From the NCBI GenBank assembly GCA_964551725.1, contig CAZKED010000007.1, positions 1-38,403 on the forward strand: 38,403 nt of DNA, given 5' to 3'. Source of the DNA: an uncultured archaeon (GTDB lineage: Archaea > Iainarchaeota > Iainarchaeia > Iainarchaeales > DTGL01). The first letter of the stretch is position 1; every line of letters starts with the position of its first letter. Under the pieces are notes generated by a model, which was given only the letters and a program-made list of their open reading frames with translations, was not told the DNA's origin and did no database searches. Of this stretch, positions 8,900 through 17,904 are shown piece by piece. Made by a program: the position numbers and the translations under genes.

Positions 8900-10793
8900 T
8901 TCCTTTTGCGAGGAATTCCTTCATGTTTTCGGAGGAGTCCTCGATTGTCCTCATTCCGGCTTTCGAGAGTTCCCTGAGAAACGTTTCCCTTTTCTTGAGT
9001 TCCTGGTTTATTGCCGTCTGGTTCATTCCCGCAAGTTTTCCGAGTTCGCGCAAATAGTTGCTCGGCACTCCGGTTTTCTCCATTCGGTCCTTCACGGCAT
9101 TCCACTCGTATACCGCCTGGGTCTGCGCCTTTCCCTCGAGCACTCCTGTCACCTCTGAGATTTCCGTCAGCCGCCTTATTGTCCCCTTTTTCCTGTCGTG
9201 CAGCCTGTGCTCAACGATAATAAAATTCAGTCCTGAAAGCATCATTTCGGGCACGCTCATCGGCGGAGTGGTAATCCTTACAATTGCTTCCTGCGCCGAA
9301 TTGGCGTGAATTGTTCCAAGCGAGCCGTCGTGCCCCGTGTTCATTGCGGTGAACAGCGTGAATGCCTCGTCGTGTCTCACTTCCCCGACGACAATCCTGT
9401 CGGGGCGCATTCTCAGGGAATTCTTTGTGAGAATGTCGAGCGTTATTTCGCCCTTGTTCTCCAGCCCCGGGGGCCTTGACTCGAACCTTATCCAGTGCCT
9501 TAACGGGAGGTTCAGTTCTGCCGTGTCCTCTATTGTAATAACCCTCTCGGTGTCCGGAATAAAAGAGGCGAGAACGTTGAGCGTAGTGGTTTTTCCGCTT
9601 CCTGTTCCTCCTGCAATGAGAATGTTTGCCGGTCTTGTCTGGAATCCCTCGACGGCGAGCCACAGGAAAGCCGCGACCTCGGGCGTAATAGTGTTCATAT
9701 TCATTAAGTCAATTATTGAAAAGGGGTCCTTCCGGAACTTCCTTATTGTAAGCGTTGAACCTGAAATCGAGACGGGGGAAATTGTCGCGTTAACCCTGCT
9801 TCCGTCCCCGAGCCTTGCGTCCAGCAGGGGATTGGACATGTCCACTCTTCGCCCTACTTCCCTTCCAATCCTGTTAATCAAATCGTTTATTTCATCCTCG
9901 GTGTAAAATTCAATGTTTGTTTTCATCATTTCGTAATCCCGGTGGAAAACGTACACCGGCTTTTTTGCGCCTATTACCATTATTTCCTCGAGCTTGTCAT
10001 CCCTTACGAGCAAATCAATAAGTCCGTATCCCACCATTTCCCTTACAACGGCTTCGGTGTAGAAATTCATTTTTCCCTTGGGAATTGCTATTTCGGAGGA
10101 GGACTGCAGTATGTCCAGAATCCTCTGCCTGTAAACAGCCCTGCGCTGCTCCGGGTCTCGGATTTTGTACGGTGCAACAGTAATGAGCCTTGTTGCCGCT
10201 TCTTTCAAAATCCTTATGATTCTCTTCTCGCTTGCAGTCGGCCTCGGCACTGGAATGAAATAGTAAAGAAGCCTCTGCCCCGGAACCTTGTAAATTTTTA
10301 CATTCCCGTATGCTTCCACCTCAATTTTCTCCCTTGCCTTTTCCACTTCCTTTTCCACTTCGCTTTTTTCCTCCTTCACGGGCTTTTCCGCTGCGGGAGC
10401 CGGAGCAGCTGGAACTTCCGGCGGAACTGGCGGCACTTCTTTCTTTTCAGGCACGGCAGGGGGGGCCCTTGGGGGAATTTCCGCGGCTTTCTTTTCCTCT
10501 TTCGGCAAGCCGGCGCCCCGGGGCTCTTCCCTTTTTTCTTCTTTTGTTTCTCCCTCGAGTTCCGCGAGACCCTGCTTGAGTTTTTCCCTCACTTCGCTTA
10601 TTTTTTTCTCTATTTCCTCCTCGCTTTCCATGCCCCCGAGCGGCATTCTGTCGGGCTTTTCAGGCAAAGGTGCCCTTGCCGCTTTCATTCCGGACTCGGG
10701 TACCGGCGGAACACCGCTTGGAGAGGTCTTCTCTGCTCGGGCTTTGTTCTTTTTTGCCTGTGAAATGAGGTCTTTTAAGTAATCAGCGGGCAT
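8892..10793 (-). CDS. CpaF/TadA-family pilus assembly ATPase with long Pro/Glu/Lys-rich N-terminus
   Basis: Walker A GGTGSGKTT, TIEDTAEL, LRMRPDRIVVGEVR, AMNTGHDG, TIHA, DARLGDGSRVNA. Confidence 0.95.
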   Translation of the reverse strand: MPADYLKDLISQAKKNKARAEKTSPSGVPPVPESGMKAARAPLPEKPDRMPLGGMESEEEIEKKISEVREKLKQGLAELEGETKEEKREEPRGAGLPKEEKKAAEIPPRAPPAVPEKKEVPPVPPEVPAAPAPAAEKPVKEEKSEVEKEVEKAREKIEVEAYGNVKIYKVPGQRLLYYFIPVPRPTASEKRIIRILKEAATRLITVAPYKIRDPEQRRAVYRQRILDILQSSSEIAIPKGKMNFYTEAVVREMVGYGLIDLLVRDDKLEEIMVIGAKKPVYVFHRDYEMMKTNIEFYTEDEINDLINRIGREVGRRVDMSNPLLDARLGDGSRVNATISPVSISGSTLTIRKFRKDPFSIIDLMNMNTITPEVAAFLWLAVEGFQTRPANILIAGGTGSGKTTTLNVLASFIPDTERVITIEDTAELNLPLRHWIRFESRPPGLENKGEITLDILTKNSLRMRPDRIVVGEVRHDEAFTLFTAMNTGHDGSLGTIHANSAQEAIVRITTPPMSVPEMMLSGLNFIIVEHRLHDRKKGTIRRLTEISEVTGVLEGKAQTQAVYEWNAVKDRMEKTGVPSNYLRELGKLAGMNQTAINQELKKRETFLRELSKAGMRTIEDSSENMKEFLAKGSE

Positions 10794-10859
10794 TCTCTCA
10801 ACCTTATTAAAAGAGGTCTTTCCTCTATTTAAACCTTCCGCCAGCTTTTTTTTCCGCGC

Positions 10860-12593
10860 TCAGTTTTCCCGGTTTTCAATCGATTTTTTGAGCGTTTCAA
10901 TAAATTCCGAAACTTTGACGTTCTTTTCAAGCTTCCCGTTTCTGTCCCTCACTGTAAGCGTTCCTTTTTTCTCTTCTTCATCGCCGACAACCACGATAAA
11001 CGGGACCTTTTCTTTCGCTGCCTCTCTCACCTTTTTGCCCACGCTCTCCCTGCTTTCATCAAACTCTGTGCGTATTCCCGCGTCGAAGATCTGCCTTTCC
11101 GTTTTCCTGGCGTACCCCAAGTGCCTGTCCGCCACTCCCAAAACCTTAACCTGCACAGGGCTCAGCCACAGCGGGAATGCCCCGCCATAATGCTCTATCA
11201 GTATTCCCATGAACCTTTCAAAAGAGCCGAGAATTGCCCTGTGGACCATCACGGGGCGCTTCTTTTTGTCTTCCTTGGAGATGTAGTAAAGGTCGAATTT
11301 TTCGGGCATTGAAAAGTCCACCTGGATTGTAGCGCACTGCCATTCCCTTTCCAGGGAATCCTTTATGTGGAAATCGATTTTGGGTCCGTAAAATGCTCCT
11401 GCCCCTTCGTTCACGCTGTACTCAAGCTTTAGGTCCTCGAGCGCGTTTTTCAGTGCGCCTGTTGCCTGCTCCCATACTTTCGCTGAACCCATCGCTTTCT
11501 CCGGGCGGGTGCTTATTTCTATTTTGAATTCCCCGAAGCCGAATTTCCTGTACAACCTTATGGTCAGTTCTATTATTTCAATTATCTGCTCTTTCAGCTG
11601 TTCCTCGGTGCAGTAAACGTGCGCGTCGTCCTGGGTGAATTTGCGCACCCTGAACAGGCCCATTAGCACGCCGCTTTTCTCGTGCCTGTGCACTGTTCCG
11701 AGTTCAGCCATTTTAATGGGCAGATCGCGGTAAGAATGCCTTTTTTCCTTGAATACTAAAATGCCTCCGGGGCAGTTCATTGGCTTTACTGCAAAATCAT
11801 TGTCGTCAATTTCAACGAAATACATGTGTTCGCGGTAGTGATCCCAGTGTCCGGACTGCTCCCACAGTTCTTTCCTTAAAATCATGGGCGTTTGCACTAT
11901 TTCATATCCCAGTTTTTTGTGCTCCTCTTCCCAGAGCCTTTCCATTTCCCTCCAGAGCACCATTCCCTTTCCGTGAATGAAAGGAAAGCCCGGAGCTTCA
12001 GGGTGTACCGAGAAAAGGTCGAGTTCCTTTCCCAGTTTAATGTGGTTCCTTTCACCCATTTCCTCCAATTTCCTGAGGTGCTCTTCCAGCTTTTTTTTGT
12101 CCCCGAAGGACACTCCGTAAATCCTCTGCAGCATTGGCCTCTGTTCAGAGCCGCGCCAGTACGCGCCCGCAGTTTTAAGCAGTTTGAATGCTTTGATTTC
12201 GCCGGCGCTCTTCAAGTGAGGTCCTTTGCACAGGTCCGTGAATTTCCCGTTTGAATAAATGCTGAGCTTCTCATCGCCCAAGTCCTTTATCAGTTCAAGC
12301 TTGTAGGGCTCGTTTTTGAACAGCGAGAGCGCTTCCTTTTTTGAAATTTCCTTTCTCTCAAATTTTTCATCCCGCGCTATTATTTCTTTCATTTTCTTTT
12401 CTATTTTCGCCAAATCCTCCGGCGTGAACGGCTCTTTCACGTCAAAATCGTAATAGAACCCGTTCTTTATGGGCGGGCCTATCCCGAGCTTTGCCTCGGG
12501 AAACAACTCTTTCACAGCGCTTGAAAGAATGTGTGAAGTGGAATGCCAGAGTTTTTCCATTTCCTCGGGAATTTCTCCACTCTTTGAAGCCAT
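10860..12593 (-). CDS. thrS: Threonyl-tRNA synthetase, bacterial type, lacking the N-terminal TGS domain
   Basis: HSTSH and DLCKGPH editing motifs, GAYWRG, SGHWDHY, KPMNCP, FTQDDAH, GAFYGPKID, HRAILGSFERF. Confidence 0.97.
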   Translation of the reverse strand: MASKSGEIPEEMEKLWHSTSHILSSAVKELFPEAKLGIGPPIKNGFYYDFDVKEPFTPEDLAKIEKKMKEIIARDEKFERKEISKKEALSLFKNEPYKLELIKDLGDEKLSIYSNGKFTDLCKGPHLKSAGEIKAFKLLKTAGAYWRGSEQRPMLQRIYGVSFGDKKKLEEHLRKLEEMGERNHIKLGKELDLFSVHPEAPGFPFIHGKGMVLWREMERLWEEEHKKLGYEIVQTPMILRKELWEQSGHWDHYREHMYFVEIDDNDFAVKPMNCPGGILVFKEKRHSYRDLPIKMAELGTVHRHEKSGVLMGLFRVRKFTQDDAHVYCTEEQLKEQIIEIIELTIRLYRKFGFGEFKIEISTRPEKAMGSAKVWEQATGALKNALEDLKLEYSVNEGAGAFYGPKIDFHIKDSLEREWQCATIQVDFSMPEKFDLYYISKEDKKKRPVMVHRAILGSFERFMGILIEHYGGAFPLWLSPVQVKVLGVADRHLGYARKTERQIFDAGIRTEFDESRESVGKKVREAAKEKVPFIVVVGDEEEKKGTLTVRDRNGKLEKNVKVSEFIETLKKSIENREN

Positions 12594-12713
12594 TAAAAAA
12601 CACCTATATCATTATAGGAAATAAAATAGTAATTAGTAATAAACAATTAAAAAAACACCGTTTTCGCCTTTTTTCCGCGCGATTTTATTTTTCTTTCGCT
12701 CCATTCTTTTCCT

Positions 12714-13958
12714 ATGATTTCTCCCTCTCTCTGCATTAAGTGCAAGGGCAAGCTGCTCTGTGGAATGAATTACTGCCCCCTTCTCGAAAAGCATTCCGCG
12801 CACGCGCGCGTGGCAAAAGCAATAAAAGGAAATGAATTTTCCGGAAACTCTCCGCCTGGCGTTTTCGTTTCCTGGTATAGCTATCCAAAAATTTCAGTCG
12901 CTCCACTCTCCCCGCCCTCTTTGGAGAACAATGCGGGAATGCTCGATGCGCCGGAACAATGGTTCGGTCTGCCGCAGGAAAAAATAATAAACTTCAGACA
13001 GTCTCTGATTCGCTCCTCCAAAAAGTTTTCCGCTGCGGATGCATCCAATCCCCAGCAAGCACTGCAGTCAATCCAGGAGCTCACAATGAGCATTGCCCCG
13101 GTGCAGGTTGAGGTTTCCCTTTTAAAAAAACCCGCGCTTAAAAACTCCTTCCACGACATCGTGGCGCCAATGGGTCCGCAGGCGCCTTTGAAAAAGCTCT
13201 CCCTTTCAGAGAACCCCAAAATCCACAAAAAAGTGGATTACTTGAATGCCGACATTGATGCAAAAGCCCAGACAGCGGTAATGGAACTGTATTCTTCAGG
13301 TCTTCCGGTTTCATTCCTTCACAAGCTCCTGAGCGCGGGCACACTCGGAGTCCAGAAAGCACGCAAACTTGTTCCCACAAGATGGAGCATAACCGCAGTT
13401 GATTCAAACATTTCAAAGCACCTCATAGAGGAAAAGGTCAAGCAGTTCTCGCAGCTCGGTGAAATCCGCTTGTTCCATTCCAATTACCTGGACAACGATT
13501 TCTGGGTTCTACTGTATCCAGGAGAATGGTCCTTCGAGCAGCTGGAATCCTATCTCCCCGGCGGAACCTGGACCGAAGGCGCAGCAAAACACCACATGAT
13601 GCAGGACCACGAATTCTATTCCGGGCGGAAAACGTATGCCTCCAATGTTGCCGGCGCGTACTATTCCGCCCGCCTGGCTGTAGCGGAGTATCTGGTCAGG
13701 GAGAAGCGCCAGGCTTCTGCAATCGTGTTCAGGGAAATTGGCTCGGGGTACACCCTTCCTTTGGGCGTCTGGCAGATACGCGAAAACGTGCGCCACGCTT
13801 TGCAGCAAAAGCCGCTCGCCTTCTCCGATTTCGCGCTCGCGCTGGCATTCCTGGGCAGGAAACTCCAAGTGCCAATAAAACAGTACGAAAGGGAATCAAT
13901 GCTGCTGGACAGGCTAAAGCACCAGCGCAGGCTGAAAGATTTCGAGCAAAATAATTAA
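12714..13958 (+). CDS. nreA: Nre-family DNA repair protein (PCNA-interacting)
   Basis: N-terminal CIKCKGKLLCG..C, SPPGVFV, RKLVPTRWSITAVD, GAYYSARLAV, PLGVWQIRE and C-terminal PIP-like QRRLKDF. Confidence 0.9.
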   Translation: MISPSLCIKCKGKLLCGMNYCPLLEKHSAHARVAKAIKGNEFSGNSPPGVFVSWYSYPKISVAPLSPPSLENNAGMLDAPEQWFGLPQEKIINFRQSLIRSSKKFSAADASNPQQALQSIQELTMSIAPVQVEVSLLKKPALKNSFHDIVAPMGPQAPLKKLSLSENPKIHKKVDYLNADIDAKAQTAVMELYSSGLPVSFLHKLLSAGTLGVQKARKLVPTRWSITAVDSNISKHLIEEKVKQFSQLGEIRLFHSNYLDNDFWVLLYPGEWSFEQLESYLPGGTWTEGAAKHHMMQDHEFYSGRKTYASNVAGAYYSARLAVAEYLVREKRQASAIVFREIGSGYTLPLGVWQIRENVRHALQQKPLAFSDFALALAFLGRKLQVPIKQYERESMLLDRLKHQRRLKDFEQNN

Positions 13959-14009
13959 ATAGAGAAAGGGAGTGAATTATAGTAATTGGGATAAAAGAGG
14001 GCGATAATT

Positions 14010-14309
14010 ATTCCGGCGAGAAAGAAAAATGTTGGGAGAGTAGACCCGAGGGAAAGAAAACGGATTCCGACCGCGGAGAAGGCTTGGGGTCCAGCGCATG
14101 AAGAGAAAGAAATAAGAGAGCGTTTATCCAATGAATGGACGCGCATTAAGGATAAACTGGGAGAAAGGGGAATTAGACCAGCACAGTTGGATGCCGAAAG
14201 GAGAAGGTATTTGGACCTGCTGAAGAGAAGAATGAGTACATCCTACACTGAAGTAATGCGTCAGCAGGCGTGGCTTGCAGAAGTAAAGAAAAGGTACGGA
14301 ATAAATTAA
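14010..14309 (+). CDS. Small basic hypothetical protein, probable ATT start
   Basis: Open frame of 99 codons filling the nre-rfcS gap: (M)PARKKNVGRVDPRERKRIPT...KKRYGIN*. Preceded by GAGGGCGAT. An in-frame stop lies just upstream and there is no early ATG/GTG/TTG. Confidence 0.55.
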   Translation: MPARKKNVGRVDPRERKRIPTAEKAWGPAHEEKEIRERLSNEWTRIKDKLGERGIRPAQLDAERRRYLDLLKRRMSTSYTEVMRQQAWLAEVKKRYGIN

Positions 14310-14316
14310 ATTTGAG

Positions 14317-15276
14317 TCACCCGAATTTCATCAACTGCGCTAACAATGCTTCCAACTGAATCCTTTCGTTCGCGCCTTCCACCATTCTGAAATTGTATTC
14401 CCCGATTACATCAACGAGTTCAATCTTTTTCTTGCTCGACAGTTCTTTCTCCGGCATTGAAATTATTTCCCTGTACAGCTGCAGTATAACATCCTCGCCG
14501 CTCATTCCGTGCTCGTACATCAACTTGTCCAGCAGTTCCCTCGCCTCGAGGAATTTTTTCTTGAATGCCAGCTTAACTATTTGCTTTATTTCCTCAGGTT
14601 TCGCCCTGCTGGAAACATTGAAAACGGTTTTCTCCGAAATTTTTTTCTCAATGAACGCGGAGCCCTGCAGTATGTTAATGGCTTTCCTCATGTCGCCCTC
14701 GCTCGCGTAAACAATCGCCTCAAGCGCCTTGGGCTCTATTGAAACTTTCTCCAGCCTGGCAATCTCCTCCAGTTTCCCTTTCATTTCCACTCCGCTGAGA
14801 GGAGTGAACCTGAATATCACGCAGCGCGATTGAATGGGTTCAATAATGCGCGAGGAGTAATTGCACGAAAGAATAAAGCGCGCGGTCTTGGTGTATTTTT
14901 CCATTGTTCTCCGCAGTGCCTGCTGTGCGTCCGCTGTAAGCGCATCGGCTTCGTCCAGAAAAATTATTTTGAAGTCTGCGTTGAATGCCAGAGTGCGGGC
15001 AAAATCCTTTATAGTGTTTCGCACAACGTCTATTCCGCGCTCGTCGCTTGCGTTCAGTTCCAGGAAATTTTGCCCGAAACCATCTCCGAACAATTCCCTT
15101 GCCATCGCTATAGCGCAGCTCGTTTTCCCTATTCCAGCCGAGCCCGCGTACAGTTGGTTTGGAACATTGCGCCTTGCAACATAGCTCTTGAGCCTTTCCA
15201 CGATGTTCTTCTGCCCCACCACTTCAGCGAGTTTATTCGGACGGTATTTTTCCACCCAGGGCATTTCGATTTCCAT
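14317..15276 (-). CDS. rfcS: Replication factor C small subunit
   Basis: PWVEKYRP, Walker [31 protein letters not shown]. Confidence 0.97.
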   Translation of the reverse strand: MEIEMPWVEKYRPNKLAEVVGQKNIVERLKSYVARRNVPNQLYAGSAGIGKTSCAIAMARELFGDGFGQNFLELNASDERGIDVVRNTIKDFARTLAFNADFKIIFLDEADALTADAQQALRRTMEKYTKTARFILSCNYSSRIIEPIQSRCVIFRFTPLSGVEMKGKLEEIARLEKVSIEPKALEAIVYASEGDMRKAINILQGSAFIEKKISEKTVFNVSSRAKPEEIKQIVKLAFKKKFLEARELLDKLMYEHGMSGEDVILQLYREIISMPEKELSSKKKIELVDVIGEYNFRMVEGANERIQLEALLAQLMKFG

Positions 15277-15412
15277 TTGCTTGCACCTTGATAGATTAGA
15301 ATGGATAAGAATTTTAACCCTTTTTTTGCCTTTTTCTGTCCTTTTCCAACTGTTTTTAAAAGGATTTTCTCACAATATTTTTTCAAGCAGTTCAATAAAG
15401 AGGGCTTTTTTT

Positions 15413-16324
15413 ATGGCTTCGAAAAAAAGTATGCAGAATGCCTCCCGTGCCGTGAAGGGCAGCTTCAAGGTGAAAGCAGGCCTGGCGCAAATGCTCAAGG
15501 GCGGAGTAATAATGGATGTCGTGAATGCCGAGCAGGCGCGCGTTGCCGAAAAAGCAGGCGCTGTTTCAGTGATGGCTTTGGAGCGCGTGCCTGCTGATAT
15601 ACGCAAAGAGGGCGGCGTTGCGAGAATGGCTGACCCTAAAAAAGTGAAGGAAATAATGAGCGCTGTTTCAATTCCCGTAATGGCAAAAGCCCGCATCGGG
15701 CATTTCGCGGAAGCGCAGGTATTGGAAGCTTTAAAGGTTGATTTTATTGATGAATCGGAAGTGTTAACTCCAGCGGACCCCAAATACCACATTGACAAAA
15801 AGAAATTCGCCATTCCGTTTGTCTGCGGCTGCACCTGTTTGGGAGAAGCGCTGCGCCGCATTGATGAAGGCGCTGCCATGATTCGCACAAAAGGCGAGGC
15901 AGGCACTGGCAACGTGATTGAAGCAGTGAGGCACATGCGCTTGGTGAATGAAGAAATCGCCGCACTCAAGGGCATGAATGCCGCGCGTCTAAAAAAGAAA
16001 GCAAGGGAATATCGTGTTCCATTGTCGCTTGTTCTTGAAACAAAAAAGCTCGGCAGGCTGCCAGTGGTGAATTTTGCCGCCGGTGGAATTGCAACGCCCG
16101 CTGATGCAGCATTAATGATGCAACTGGGCTGCGACGGAGTTTTTGTTGGCTCGGGCATTTTCAAATCCTCTAATCCAGGCAAGCGCGCCCGCGCCATAGT
16201 CGAAGCCGTAGCGCACTACAGGGATGCAAAGGTCGTAGCGCGCGTGTCCGAAAATTTGGGCGAGCCCATGAAGGGAAAAGAGATTTCCGAACTGAAGGAA
16301 AGGTTGCAGGACCGCGGCTGGTAG
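15413..16324 (+). CDS. pdxS: Pyridoxal 5'-phosphate synthase lyase subunit
   Basis: [58 protein letters not shown]. Start re-called at ATG 15413. Confidence 0.97.
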   Translation: MASKKSMQNASRAVKGSFKVKAGLAQMLKGGVIMDVVNAEQARVAEKAGAVSVMALERVPADIRKEGGVARMADPKKVKEIMSAVSIPVMAKARIGHFAEAQVLEALKVDFIDESEVLTPADPKYHIDKKKFAIPFVCGCTCLGEALRRIDEGAAMIRTKGEAGTGNVIEAVRHMRLVNEEIAALKGMNAARLKKKAREYRVPLSLVLETKKLGRLPVVNFAAGGIATPADAALMMQLGCDGVFVGSGIFKSSNPGKRARAIVEAVAHYRDAKVVARVSENLGEPMKGKEISELKERLQDRGW

Positions 16325-16352
16325 TTTTGAGGACCGCTGCGGGTATTTTGCA

Positions 16353-16922
16353 GTGATTCGAATGCTTGTCGGGGTAATAGGGTTCCAGGGCAGCGTTGCA
16401 GAGCACCTAAAAATGCTCCGCTCCTGCGGTGCCCGCACCGTTGAAATCAGAGCGCCAGAGGAACTGGAGGGAATTGATGCTCTCATAATTCCCGGCGGGG
16501 AATCCACGCATTTGTCCATGGAATTGGATGAAAGCGGGCTGACTCCGCGTGTTTCTGAGCTGCTGCGCGCGGGAATGCCGGTGTTCGGCACCTGCGCGGG
16601 AGCAATACTGCTCAGCAAAAGCGTTGGCGGAAAAGCGGGAAAGTTTCCCCTCCTTGGAGCGGAAATTGAGAGGAATGCCTACGGCAGGCAGGCGGAAAGC
16701 TTCGAGGCAGAAATTGAAGTGCTTGGGTTGGGCGCTTTTCCCGGTGTTTTTATCCGCGCGCCCGTTTTCCGCTCTGCGGGAAAAGCCCGGGTGCTTGCTT
16801 CTTTTCGCGGAAAACCCGTTCTTTTGAGGCAGCGTGGCGTTCTCGCCGCGACCTTTCACCCCGAACTCTCGGGGGACAGGCGCCTGCACGAGTTTTTTTT
16901 GCGTATTGCGGGAGCACAATAA
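16353..16922 (+). CDS. pdxT: Pyridoxal 5'-phosphate synthase glutaminase subunit
   Basis: IPGGEST, GTCAG (catalytic Cys), RNAYGRQ, FIRAP, FHPEL (His/Glu). Adjacent to pdxS. The start may be ATG 16362. Confidence 0.95.
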   Translation: MIRMLVGVIGFQGSVAEHLKMLRSCGARTVEIRAPEELEGIDALIIPGGESTHLSMELDESGLTPRVSELLRAGMPVFGTCAGAILLSKSVGGKAGKFPLLGAEIERNAYGRQAESFEAEIEVLGLGAFPGVFIRAPVFRSAGKARVLASFRGKPVLLRQRGVLAATFHPELSGDRRLHEFFLRIAGAQ

Positions 16923-16963
16923 TTGTTTTAAAGGGTTCCTTGCAATTATTGAAGTGGTTTAAA

Positions 16964-17335
16964 ATGGCGAGGGGCATAAGGCATATTAAAAAGGATGACG
17001 CTCTCGGAACAATTCACATTGTTACAACTTCAAAGGTTCCGGGCTATAAAACCGAGGAAGTGAAGGGGCTTGTCTGGGCTTCTTCGGTCAGGGCAAAATT
17101 TTTCCTCCAGGACCTGAAGGCAATGGTCAGGATTTTTTTCGGCGGCGAAGTGAAGGAATACTACGATTTGCTCAACGAGGCAAGGAGGGAAATTTTGTGG
17201 AAATTGAACCATAACGCAAAGGAGCTGGGAGCGAATGCTGTTGTCAACGTAAGGCTTGTTGCCACGCAGATTGTTCCCGGCACGGTTGAAATACTTGCCT
17301 ACGGAACCGCTGTAAGGGTTTCAAGGAAAAAGTGA
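16964..17335 (+). CDS. YbjQ/UPF0145 family protein
   Basis: GGEVKEY..LL.EAR, AKELGANAVVNVR, EILAYGTAV. Start re-called at ATG 16964. Confidence 0.9.
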   Translation: MARGIRHIKKDDALGTIHIVTTSKVPGYKTEEVKGLVWASSVRAKFFLQDLKAMVRIFFGGEVKEYYDLLNEARREILWKLNHNAKELGANAVVNVRLVATQIVPGTVEILAYGTAVRVSRKK

Positions 17336-17339
17336 TTCT

Positions 17340-17867
17340 ATGGCTTCGGAAAACAGCGGTTTTGATTCAAAGTGGATTTTGCTTCTCTTCCTTTTCATTA
17401 TTTCCTATGCAGTTATTTTTGCTTTAGCCGCCCTGAGCAGGGCTTTGGTTTCCCCGCTCCAGGGCACGGTGCTCGAGTTTTTGATTCCTGTTATGAAATG
17501 GGCGGACTGGGTTTCGCCGATGTATTTCCTTCTGCCTGCAGTCGGATTCTTTTTCGTTTTCCTCTCCGTGGAATGGGCGAAGGATTACTTCAAAAGCAGT
17601 TTTCCTGAATCTGCTTGGTTTCCGGCGCTCTTCACAGTTTTCTTTATTGCCGCTTTCTGGATTGCAATGTTTTTCTTTTATTTGCCCAATCTCCTGCAGG
17701 GCTCTCCGGCAAACATTTGCTTTCCCTCGTGCTTCGGCGAAAGCGGCGGGTCGAATATAGATTACTGGCACGAACTCAAGCATTCGGCTTTCTGGCTTTT
17801 TTATTTGGGGGGAATGCTGGGCTGGCTGTCCCATCGGCTGCAGAAGAAGCTTGAAGGATTTTTATAA
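17340..17867 (+). CDS. Hypothetical integral membrane protein (about 4 TM)
   Basis: Four hydrophobic segments. Only 4 nt from the upstream gene. Confidence 0.7.
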   Translation: MASENSGFDSKWILLLFLFIISYAVIFALAALSRALVSPLQGTVLEFLIPVMKWADWVSPMYFLLPAVGFFFVFLSVEWAKDYFKSSFPESAWFPALFTVFFIAAFWIAMFFFYLPNLLQGSPANICFPSCFGESGGSNIDYWHELKHSAFWLFYLGGMLGWLSHRLQKKLEGFL

Positions 17868-17904
17868 TTTTTTCCGCGTTCTCCTTTCTTATGGCTGAAA
17901 AGGT

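Noticed and set aside
6997-10763. Plus-strand ORFs of 150-290 aa over the pilus operon
   Set aside because: Antisense shadows with Ser/Phe-rich composition typical of reverse-complemented coding DNA.
13955-14146. 63-aa minus-strand ORF in the nre-rfcS gap
   Set aside because: The plus-strand 99-codon frame has an RBS and protein-like composition and explains the gap better.
1705-15276. Possible inteins in MCM or RFC
   Set aside because: Both are of normal length with contiguous motifs.
15188-15412. 75-aa N-terminal extension of PdxS in the ORF track
   Set aside because: It overlaps rfcS and the divergent promoter. PdxS homology begins near ATG 15413.
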